In this document: positions 24,778 to 32,000 of the stretch, piece after piece
How the letters are laid out: every line of letters begins with the position of its first letter
Numbering within the stretch: the stretch's first letter is position 1
Origin: Thermodesulfobacteriota bacterium
GTDB lineage: Bacteria > Desulfobacterota > WTBG01 > JAGOGO01
Length of the DNA: 32,000 nucleotides
Assembly (NCBI GenBank): GCA_026625185.1
Contig: CP113000.1
Location: 1,425,622-1,457,621 of the forward strand
Direction of reading: 5' to 3'
The notes under the pieces: generated by a model
Database searches by the model: none
Told to the model about the DNA's origin: nothing
Seen by the model: only the letters and a program-made list of their open reading frames with translations
Made by a program: the position numbers and the translations under genes

Positions 24778-27162
24778 GTGGGTAACGATTTTTCTCAGGA
24801 TATTTTTTGTAAGGCTCTTTGGCGCATGGAAAACGGGGCCCTTACCGTAGATTCCATAAGCACGAACACGCTATCAAATACCGGGGTGGTTAATTCTACA
24901 ACCAGCTATAAGGAAGGTTCAGATTCTGCCAAACTTAATGATACGGCTGCAAAAAATAGACTTTCAATTTCCAGCGCAAATCAATGCGCCGGGTTCCCGC
25001 TTAAAAGTGGCGATACGGTAAAGAGATTTTCGGGGTGTTGCTGGTTTTATCTCAGCGGAACGCCCTCCGGTTATCCACTTCTTTTCGGGAATGCTGAATG
25101 GAATGGAGTTGGGAGTTGCCTCTTTGTGGGGTTTAAAAATTCGACCACTCAGTTTAGGGTCGCTTGGGGATATGGAACCGTTCAACAACAGGAAGAATGG
25201 GTGGTGGCTACCTTAAGCACAGGACGGTGGTATCATGTTGGATTGGTACTCGATGGGGTAACCAAAAAGATGGTCGTGCGTATTTGGGATGATACCGCTC
25301 AAACCGCTACAACTTACACTCATACTTTTTCCAATACCCTTACCGTCCGGTCAAGCAATTCTTTTTATATCGGTTGCGATCCCACGGATAGCCCAAATTC
25401 CGTTCCCGTACTGGTTGATGAGTTGGTTTTGTTTAACCGAAATTTAGTAATAGCTGAGATAGATGCAATTCGGGGAGGAACATTTTCCGGGATTGGGTAT
25501 ATTCCTACCGCAATGAATCTTTCTGTAGTTGGGTCTCCTACTTATTTTGACCCAGATCCCTCAGGTTTGAATGATTTTTCTGAAAACTTTTCCGCCGATA
25601 ACGGACAATTCACTAAATTTACCGAAAACAATGCTGGTTCCACGTCTATTGCAAACAATAAATTTACCATTGCACAGACCACTTCGGGATCACCACAAAG
25701 CGATTATGTAGCAGAAAATACCAGTTCTTTTTCGATGCCGCAGGCATTTATAGAAGCTCAAATCGACTCATTTTCAGGAGATTCCGCCAACTGGCGAGCC
25801 GGGGTTGTTTTGATTAAGGATGCAGATAACTTTGTGAAAGTTGTTTATGAAAGCGATAACACTTACGTCCATATAACATGGAAATTTGGGGGAAGTGGTT
25901 CTTCAGGGACAGCCTCTTTCAGCATAACATTAACTCCTCCGTTTAAAATCGGATTGAGTATTGTGGGGAATTCATTGTGTGCATGGTACGATTCCGGATC
26001 GGGATGGACGTATGCTTGCAAACAGGCTTCTTCGACAACAGATTTAAGAGGATCAACTGCGTTGTCGGGCTACATGGCGGGATTTTTTGCCTTAAAAACC
26101 AGTGGGACATCCACTATTGCTTTTTCAAATTTCAAATGTGGCAGGTTTGGGGGAGTCGGGCTTAGAGATACGCGGGTTGTCACAAATGAAGACGGTACGC
26201 CTTATATAGATGGAACCACCATTCTTTTTACTGCCACTGCTTCTGACCCAGCAGGGTCATATTATGATTCTTTTACATCTCAAACCACACCTTCTGGATA
26301 TTGCGGAGTTTTCTCTCTTGATCTCGGTGACTATACCATTACCCAATTGGCTGTAATTATGGTTTCTCGAAGTAGCAAAATCATGAACGACCATGCAGCC
26401 CATATTATAAGGCATAACAATGGTGACAGGAGGCTGTTTATTTCACGATGGGGTGACGGACTTTTAACCACAATCACCGCTGACCATAAACTATTTACTA
26501 CCGGAGATATCCTTTCCGGCACGAATGTGGTTAGTGGATTGTCTGCCCTAAGCCTTCCGACAACCAGCGGAGGGGCCGGCGCCTTCGATCTCATGTCCGC
26601 CTACGATAGCGCAAATTCCCGATGGTTAATTGCATACACCACTTGGGATTCTGGAGGGAGCCAACGGCCTGCCTTGGCTTATTCAACAGATTTAAGTTCG
26701 TTTACCTCAATTAGCATTGATACCAATAACAGGGCAGAGGGAACATGTCTACAAAATTTTGACGGTACTTTTTGGATTATCGCTCAAACCTATAAGGCTA
26801 ATAGTTCATTGGTCTATGATGTTGGAATGAATCTTTTGATCTCTACTTTAGTCGCCACCTTTGACGGCGACCCGGATACCAGCCCTTGGCCGATGGTGTT
26901 TTTATTCGGTGGGCACTTTTACATGCTCACATTTAATAAAACCAGAGCATCATCCAATAATACTTGGACATGGGGTCAGCCCAAAATTGAGAAGGATAGT
27001 ATCTACTCGGTCGGCAATGACGTCGATGAAATGGTTATTCAGCCGGTTTGTGATGAGGTAACCAGCTCAATTTATAATGTCGATGAAATTATCTGTGAGT
27101 TGATTTGTGATGTTGTCACTAAAGTAAGTGGCGGTGATTATTTAATGTTTTTAGTTTTTTAG
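24778..27162 (+). CDS. Tail fibre / receptor-binding protein with LamG-like lectin domains and a C-terminal beta-propeller-like region
   Basis: 794 aa, GTG start. The N-terminal region (RLSISS..WYHVGLVLDG..LVDELVLFNRNL) is a LamG/ConA-like pattern. aa 470-740 show repeated blade-like motifs (RWLIAYTTWDSGG, GTFWIIAQTY, GGHFYMLTFN). Confidence 0.6.
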   Translation: MGNDFSQDIFCKALWRMENGALTVDSISTNTLSNTGVVNSTTSYKEGSDSAKLNDTAAKNRLSISSANQCAGFPLKSGDTVKRFSGCCWFYLSGTPSGYPLLFGNAEWNGVGSCLFVGFKNSTTQFRVAWGYGTVQQQEEWVVATLSTGRWYHVGLVLDGVTKKMVVRIWDDTAQTATTYTHTFSNTLTVRSSNSFYIGCDPTDSPNSVPVLVDELVLFNRNLVIAEIDAIRGGTFSGIGYIPTAMNLSVVGSPTYFDPDPSGLNDFSENFSADNGQFTKFTENNAGSTSIANNKFTIAQTTSGSPQSDYVAENTSSFSMPQAFIEAQIDSFSGDSANWRAGVVLIKDADNFVKVVYESDNTYVHITWKFGGSGSSGTASFSITLTPPFKIGLSIVGNSLCAWYDSGSGWTYACKQASSTTDLRGSTALSGYMAGFFALKTSGTSTIAFSNFKCGRFGGVGLRDTRVVTNEDGTPYIDGTTILFTATASDPAGSYYDSFTSQTTPSGYCGVFSLDLGDYTITQLAVIMVSRSSKIMNDHAAHIIRHNNGDRRLFISRWGDGLLTTITADHKLFTTGDILSGTNVVSGLSALSLPTTSGGAGAFDLMSAYDSANSRWLIAYTTWDSGGSQRPALAYSTDLSSFTSISIDTNNRAEGTCLQNFDGTFWIIAQTYKANSSLVYDVGMNLLISTLVATFDGDPDTSPWPMVFLFGGHFYMLTFNKTRASSNNTWTWGQPKIEKDSIYSVGNDVDEMVIQPVCDEVTSSIYNVDEIICELICDVVTKVSGGDYLMFLVF

Positions 27163-27171
27163 GAGGGTTTT

Positions 27172-27690
27172 ATGAAAAAAATATTTTTCTCTTTAGTTTT
27201 CGTTTTTCTTTTTGCGTTACGAACTTTTGCAGCAGGAACAGCGGAGCTTTCCGTCTACTGGTCAAGGACTGCTGACATGATAGGTACAGAACCAACTCAG
27301 ACATGCTTACAGTGGGATTGTGTACCTGACGCAAATGGGACTCTTAATATTTCTGCTGCCGATGTGGTTAAGAAGATAGATAGTCCTGTTCTTTTGGAGT
27401 GGGTTGATACTGCCATGTGGACATTCTGTGAATACATTTCTCAAGTAGAAGTGGCAGTTGATGGTTGCTATGGCTGGAAAGTGCAATTAAAAAATGATTT
27501 AGGAAATGACATACTGGACAAATTGGTCGGTAAATCTACCACGCAAATAGGCGGTAGAATAATTCAACTTCAATTAGGCATTCAGGTAATGAACCTACCG
27601 GTCCCTTACGCTACTGGGATGAGACAGAAAAATACTCAAGGAATTTATGAACCTAAGCCATTTAAACTAAGAATTATATTATTTAGATAA
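27172..27690 (+). CDS. Secreted hypothetical protein in the phage module
   Basis: 172 aa, AGGAGGG RBS, signal peptide MKKIFFSLVFVFLFALRTFAAG. Confidence 0.6.
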   Translation: MKKIFFSLVFVFLFALRTFAAGTAELSVYWSRTADMIGTEPTQTCLQWDCVPDANGTLNISAADVVKKIDSPVLLEWVDTAMWTFCEYISQVEVAVDGCYGWKVQLKNDLGNDILDKLVGKSTTQIGGRIIQLQLGIQVMNLPVPYATGMRQKNTQGIYEPKPFKLRIILFR

Positions 27691-27699
27691 GGAGAAAAA

Positions 27700-28080
27700 A
27701 TGGGGAAATTAATACCCGATGATGAAAAAGACTTACTATTGGCGGACATTGCCGACAATGGTAATAAGCTCGACCTCTGTTCTGCCCAGCCTGCTAACTA
27801 TGCCGGAATAGCCGCGGTTTCTCTCGGCCAAGTAACGCTGACCACCGGAGACGGTAACGGTGACTATACTATCGGCGATGGGGATACAAGTGGAAGAAAG
27901 CTGACAGTTGCGGCACAGACGATTACGGGGACCGGGACAAACACGGCAACACATGTGGTAATTTCTGATTCGGTAAATTCGGAGATTAAGGCAATCAGCA
28001 CCTGTAATATCCCGGTGATAGATGAAGTAGAATGTCCTCTTAATCCATTTGATATATTGGAGATCAGGGACCCGAGCTGA
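27700..28080 (+). CDS. Phage hypothetical protein (126 aa)
   Basis: AAGGAGAA RBS. Its stop overlaps the next start (TGATG). The Thr/Gly-rich middle resembles small proteins found next to tail fibres. Confidence 0.6.
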   Translation: MGKLIPDDEKDLLLADIADNGNKLDLCSAQPANYAGIAAVSLGQVTLTTGDGNGDYTIGDGDTSGRKLTVAAQTITGTGTNTATHVVISDSVNSEIKAISTCNIPVIDEVECPLNPFDILEIRDPS

Positions 28081-28586
28081 TGAATAATTATTCTCAACAT
28101 CGTGAGGCTATCAAGTCCGGAGACGTGATCCTCTGGAAGGGCACGGGAGCGATCTCGCGCCTGATCCGGCTTTACGGCGGTTACAGCCACGCTTCGCTGG
28201 TGATCCGGCTGGAAGAGTTTAAAGGCTTGACCGATCGCCGGTTTATTCTTGAAGCCAACGCGTCAGGCATTGAGCTGCGTATTTTATCGTGGAGGGTTAA
28301 AAAATATGACGGTGAAGCCTGGTGGCTGCCGCTCAAAAAAGAATATTGTGGCGCGCGTGAACAAATCGTCACCTGGGCGCTTGATCAGGTCGGCACGCCG
28401 TATGATTTTGGCTCGGTAATTAAAAATATTTTTGGCCGGGTCTCGGCGGATTGCACGAGGTATTTTTGCAGCGAGTTTGTTTTTCTGGCGTATCGAGCCG
28501 CCGGGCTGGTGGAAGGTAAAACCGCTCCCCGGCCGGGCGATATCGCCAAATGGGATGTTTTAAACGAGCCGGTACGGCTCAAATAG
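28080..28586 (+). CDS. Permuted papain-like amidase (YaeF/YiiX, C92 family); probable endolysin
   Basis: SGDVILWKG..YSHASLVI..ILEANASGIE..GTPYDFG..YFCSEFVFLAYRAAG. The His precedes the catalytic Cys, as in permuted NlpC/P60 enzymes. Confidence 0.65.
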   Translation: MNNYSQHREAIKSGDVILWKGTGAISRLIRLYGGYSHASLVIRLEEFKGLTDRRFILEANASGIELRILSWRVKKYDGEAWWLPLKKEYCGAREQIVTWALDQVGTPYDFGSVIKNIFGRVSADCTRYFCSEFVFLAYRAAGLVEGKTAPRPGDIAKWDVLNEPVRLK

Positions 28587-28598
28587 AAAGGAGTTCGC

Positions 28599-29030
28599 AT
28601 GAAAAAAATATTCTATTATTTTGAGTTCGAACTGTTTTGTGTTTATTTTATTACTGTTTTGGTTGTTTGGGGGTTGATTTTTTCAAGTGGGTGTACCACC
28701 ATGACCATCCACAAAGAACAGTACGATAGTACGGGGAAAATAGTGATTGCAAAAATGGATATAACGGCCAAAAAACCGCCTTTTGTAAACCAGGTAATAA
28801 CCTGGAGTGATTTACTCGGCACGTATAATGCCGACACAAGCACACAGTTGAGCGGTTTTATGACCAATATCTTGAATGCGGCGGCAGCTTATGGCGCAGT
28901 GGCAGCTAAGACTCAAGGCGTTCCCGCAACCGCTCCAGTGATACCGGATTCTCAGACGGTTGCGACTCCTGCACCATTGGTTTCGACGCCGCAGGCCACT
29001 ATAACTCAATCAGATCAATCATTAAAATAA
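28599..29030 (+). CDS. Putative lipoprotein (possible spanin-like lysis accessory)
   Basis: AAAGGAG RBS. A hydrophobic N-terminus ends in IFSSGC, which is lipobox-like. Thr/Ala/Pro-rich C-terminus. Confidence 0.5.
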   Translation: MKKIFYYFEFELFCVYFITVLVVWGLIFSSGCTTMTIHKEQYDSTGKIVIAKMDITAKKPPFVNQVITWSDLLGTYNADTSTQLSGFMTNILNAAAAYGAVAAKTQGVPATAPVIPDSQTVATPAPLVSTPQATITQSDQSLK

Positions 29031-29043
29031 AAGGAAAGTTCGG

Positions 29044-29069
29044 GGCAGAGATTGTGATGGATCTCTGCC
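29044..29069 (+). terminator. Perfect 9-bp stem-loop after the lysis genes, with no U-tract
   Basis: GGCAGAGAT-TGTGATGG-ATCTCTGCC, 14 nt after the stop. Confidence 0.35.
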
Positions 29070-29190
29070 ACCGCCGCACTGGCACCACCCAGCGCAGTCC
29101 GCATAATGCGGAAACTCTCCACCATCGGGATGAGAAAAGATGGTGTGGGAATAATAACACAAGTTATTTTTCTGCACAAGGAGGTGTCCA

Positions 29191-29949
29191 GTGGACAGTC
29201 CATTAGCGTACATCGGCGGCAAAAGTAAGCTGGCAAAAACAATAATTGAGATGATCCCGGAGCACAAAATGTACTGTGAGGTCTTTGCCGGGGCAGCGTG
29301 GGTATTTTTTCGCAAAGAACCCTCTAAATTTGAAGTTATCAATGATCTGGATAGCGATCTGATTTGCTTTTACCGTGTATTACAGCATCATTTAGAGGAG
29401 TTTTTAAAACAATTTAAATGGATTTTATCATCGAGAGAATGGTTCGAGGATTTTAAGCGGCAGCAAGTTGCCGGGGGTTTGACTGATATCCAACGAGCAG
29501 CCCATTATTATTATCTCCAGCGGCACGCGTTCAGCGCAAAGGTGGTGGGTAGAAACTTTGGGATGAGACCCTTGCATAGACCCGGGATTAATCTGCTTCG
29601 GCTGGAAGAGGAGTTATCAGAAGTCCATTTGAGGTTGTCTCAGGTTACGATTGAAAATCTCCCGTACCAGAAATTTTTGGTTTGTTATGATCGTGCTGAG
29701 GCCTTTTTTTATCTCGATCCGCCCTATTGGAAGGCTCCCTGGTATAAGTTTAATATGGAACTGCCTGATTATAAAGAGATGGCGGATAAGCTGGCCAAAA
29801 TCAAAGCGCAATTCGTTCTGAGTATCAATGATGCGCAGGAGATCAGGGAAATATTTAAAGGATTTAAAATTAAGCCGGTATCGACAATTTATACTCTAAA
29901 TAGGGGTAATCACAGCGAAGGGAAAGAATTGTTAATTAGTAATTTTTAA
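29191..29949 (+). CDS. dam: Dam-type (alpha class, D12) N6-adenine DNA methyltransferase, orphan
   Basis: 252 aa, GTG start with AAGGAGG RBS. Motif I YCEVFAGAAWVFF, motif IV FFYLDPPYW, N-terminal YIGGKSKL. No adjacent endonuclease. Confidence 0.85.
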   Translation: MDSPLAYIGGKSKLAKTIIEMIPEHKMYCEVFAGAAWVFFRKEPSKFEVINDLDSDLICFYRVLQHHLEEFLKQFKWILSSREWFEDFKRQQVAGGLTDIQRAAHYYYLQRHAFSAKVVGRNFGMRPLHRPGINLLRLEEELSEVHLRLSQVTIENLPYQKFLVCYDRAEAFFYLDPPYWKAPWYKFNMELPDYKEMADKLAKIKAQFVLSINDAQEIREIFKGFKIKPVSTIYTLNRGNHSEGKELLISNF

Positions 29950-29959
29950 AAAAGAAGGT

Positions 29960-30033
29960 TTTTATGCCTTAATGAATTTGTTTTTTTAGGGGAAAAATCG
30001 GCTTCGGCCATAAGAATTTTGGGGATAAAATAC
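29960..30033 (-). repeat. Rearranged attC-like element (G)
   Basis: The minus strand reads CCCCAAAATTCTTATGGCCGAAGCCGATTTTTCC..ATTAAGGCATAAAAACC. It shares AAAATTCTTA, GCCGATTTTT and the GGCATAA half with the clear copies. The AAC/GTT boxes are missing. Confidence 0.3.
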
Positions 30034-30170
30034 CTGCTGATTTTGAAGTCAAAAATCAGACAGGTTTTGTGTTGCCTGAAAAATACCCCTGGGAAATTGT
30101 GCCCGATTTCATTAACGTGATTATATATTTAACAAACCCAATTAATAACCAACAAAGGAGATAGTAAAAA

Positions 30171-30374
30171 ATGAATAAATTTCCAGAAACACCACCGCCC
30201 GGAGATATGGAACGCAAACAAAGAATGCGTAGACTCCATAAAACACTTATCGAGCAAGGTCTTTATGTAAGACCTGTTTACTTGAATGAGTTGATGTCTG
30301 AATACGGTTACTTTATCGTCTCGGTTGATGATCCATATTTACTATACGAGACTCAAGGGCAAGACCAAGGATAA
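30171..30374 (+). CDS. Small hypothetical protein (67 aa)
   Basis: Strong AAAGGAGA RBS. It is convergent with the HNH gene and overlaps its 3' end by 22 nt. Confidence 0.5.
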   Translation: MNKFPETPPPGDMERKQRMRRLHKTLIEQGLYVRPVYLNELMSEYGYFIVSVDDPYLLYETQGQDQG

Positions 30375-30655
30375 TTATCACCCTTTGCCCTATTATTCTC
30401 CCATTGGAGAGGTTGGAGATTATCAAGATTATCTGAACCTCCTTTGGCAGTTGGCTTTATGTGATCTATTTCCCATCCTACGTCTGAGTTTATATTTCCA
30501 TGTTCTGAATACTTTATGGGCTTACCACAAATATCATATCGCCATTCTGCCGGACTCCAATGTTTCCCGTCCTTATCGGGAACTATTTTTCTTTTTGCCC
30601 AGACAGCTCGCTTTGTTTGTTCATCGGCCGTCTTGAATGAATAAACGTAAGTCAT
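30353..30655 (-). CDS. Small HNH endonuclease (100 aa)
   Basis: GWEIDHIKPTAKGGSDNLDNLQPLQWENNRAKGD is an H-N-(H/N) His-Me finger motif. AAGGAGAA RBS. Confidence 0.75.
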   Translation of the reverse strand: MTYVYSFKTADEQTKRAVWAKRKIVPDKDGKHWSPAEWRYDICGKPIKYSEHGNINSDVGWEIDHIKPTAKGGSDNLDNLQPLQWENNRAKGDNYPWSCP

Positions 30656-30737
30656 GATTGATTTCTCCTTTCTGTGATTTAATTTTTCTCATCAATCAAA
30701 GAAAGTTTTATTTTTTTGCTCTTTATTGGTTTCTTTT

Positions 30738-30812
30738 TTTAAGTGGTGGGGCAGATAAAATTGTTTCCATAATGGTTTTAAATTTATCGGCTGGGATTTT
30801 TTTTAGAAGTTT
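30738..30812 (-). repeat. Degenerate attC-like element (I) between the PIN operon and the HNH gene
   Basis: The minus strand reads TAAACTTCTAAAAAAAATCCCAGCCGATAAATTT..CCCCACCACTTAAAA. It shares TTCT(T)AA, GCCGAT and CCACT with the clear copies. The match is weak. Confidence 0.25.
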
Positions 30813-31314
30813 ATTTTTCGTCTTCCTCTGGTTCTTCTTCTGGCTCTTTTTCTTTTCCATCAAATAATCCTAATTGAATATCTGTTGGTTCTCTAACATC
30901 TATTTTTGGAAAACCATCGTTTTTGCTTCTCTTAATTAAATCATCACCATCGTAAGTTTCAAGAATAGTTAGTTTTGCTTTCAATGCACTTGCAACATGA
31001 ATAGCATCCTTTGGTGGAACATTGTGATCCCATACCACCTCTTGTGCAAGACGAGCAACCCAACGATCGAGATTGATAATGGTTATGTAGTCGTTTTCAA
31101 AAAATTCAAAAACTTTTTCTTTTTTATCTTTTCCAATTGGTTTACTACCTCTATATCTTAGAACTTCGGCAATAGTTAGTGCAGATGTGAATAACTGAAT
31201 TTTACCCTCTTCGGCTGCATCTAAAATAGCTTTACATTTTGGGGCACGTCCATGCTCATCGTTTAGGTAGGCAATAATAACGCTACTTTCCCAATATCTT
31301 TTTTCGGGTTTCAA
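30811..31314 (-). CDS. PIN-domain (VapC-like) ribonuclease with an acidic C-terminal tail
   Basis: YWESSVIIAYL, TSALTIAEV, PKDAIHVASA and ILETYDGD supply the four acidic positions of a PIN fold. The first is Glu rather than Asp. The TTG start overlaps the upstream stop (TTGA). Confidence 0.65.
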   Translation of the reverse strand: MKPEKRYWESSVIIAYLNDEHGRAPKCKAILDAAEEGKIQLFTSALTIAEVLRYRGSKPIGKDKKEKVFEFFENDYITIINLDRWVARLAQEVVWDHNVPPKDAIHVASALKAKLTILETYDGDDLIKRSKNDGFPKIDVREPTDIQLGLFDGKEKEPEEEPEEDEK

Positions 31315-32000
31315 TTAAAAATACCTCGAATATCGTCATGATGAGGAAGCTCACGATTAAATGGGAACCTAAAAATTTTTTCCACTTCTATAGAAATTGG
31401 CGTTCCGTCTTCCCTATAATGGATTAATCCAGTTATAGATACCCTTCTTTCAAATGCATCCTTTGCATCCTCAAGTTGTTCATAAGTAATAATACAATGT
31501 ATCAAACGATTAGATATTTCATCCCGAACTTCAACCTCATAGCGATTTCTTTTTGCTAAGACACGAAGCTCCCCCTCTATAGTTCCAATTCCAGAATGTG
31601 TCCATCTAAAAAGTGTTTCTATGTTTGTGCTTATTTTGGGGGAAATTTCTTGCTTTCTTTTTCCAAAAAAAATGGAAGTCGGAACCCCGTTATTTTTAGT
31701 TAAATCAGATAGCCCCTTAATTTTTTCAAGGGCTTTCTCAGAAAAATTTATAGGTTTTTCTGCTTTTTTTTGGATTACCCGCAATCCTTTTTTGAATGTA
31801 TTAGAAACCGCTAAAGGTTTTATTTTGGGGTCAGCGGGTGGCTCTGCAACTGCCATAATAACTTGACTCCCCTGCTTTACCATAGCAGACCAGACTATTG
31901 CCTTTTTATTTCCATAAAGACTATCTGTGATCTCTTCTAATGTTTCAAAAAAGGATTTAACTCCTTGGATAAACATAGCAGAAGGAATCTTGGAGGCATC
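31311..32000 (-). CDS. Unknown protein translationally coupled to the PIN gene, possibly 5'-incomplete at the window edge
   Basis: At least 221 aa. The frame remains open from the annotated ATG (31976) to position 32000. I recognise no motif. It occupies the antitoxin position but is about three times the usual antitoxin length. Confidence 0.5.
   Translation of the reverse strand, partial: DASKIPSAMFIQGVKSFFETLEEITDSLYGNKKAIVWSAMVKQGSQVIMAVAEPPADPKIKPLAVSNTFKKGLRVIQKKAEKPINFSEKALEKIKGLSDLTKNNGVPTSIFFGKRKQEISPKISTNIETLFRWTHSGIGTIEGELRVLAKRNRYEVEVRDEISNRLIHCIITYEQLEDAKDAFERRVSITGLIHYREDGTPISIEVEKIFRFPFNRELPHHDDIRGIFN

Noticed and set aside
24778-27162. Diversity-generating retroelement targeting the tail fibre
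   Set aside because: There is no reverse transcriptase in the window, and I found no template/variable repeat pair with adenine-specific differences.
29015-29342. Two overlapping minus-strand ORFs (75 and 106 aa) upstream of and over the dam start
   Set aside because: They are antisense to the dam 5' end and the intergenic hairpins, with no RBS and implausible composition.

Overview
This looks like a bacterial chromosomal window, possibly from a metagenome assembly, and it falls into four parts. (1) 1-8.3 kb is an ordinary core region. It carries small stress and envelope genes (GlsB/YeaQ, YidB-like, DUF853/HerA-like ATPase, YpfJ metallopeptidase, DUF4239, an ACT-domain protein, a universal stress protein), one odd in-frame mosaic ORF (glycosidase fragments fused to a serpin C-terminus), and a decayed FG-GAP surface-protein gene. 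(2) At 8308-8360 there is a 3' fragment of a tRNA-Leu(UAA), from the anticodon loop to the discriminator base. This is the classic scar of a tRNA-targeting integrative element, and everything to its right looks accessory. 8.4-12.4 kb is rich in pseudogenes. (3) The main finding is a family of imperfect-palindrome repeats with attC architecture (an RYYYAAC-like box and a GTTRRRY-like box). One repeat follows each short, unrelated, co-oriented minus-strand ORF from 12.4 to 17.45 kb. Weaker copies occur at about 30.0 and 30.8 kb. I read this as an integron-type cassette array with no integrase in the window (CALIN-like, or the distal part of a sedentary chromosomal integron). Its cassettes include an N6-adenine methylase plus HsdS-like pair with no R subunit, two HNH nucleases, membrane proteins and a PIN-toxin operon. 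An IS30-family element has inserted between one cassette ORF and its attC. (4) 20.45-29.95 kb is a 5'-truncated prophage or GTA-like tail, tail-fibre and lysis module plus an orphan Dam methylase. It abuts a methylase gene that also appears 5'-truncated, and it seems to split the cassette array. All family assignments come from motif recognition by eye. No searches were run.
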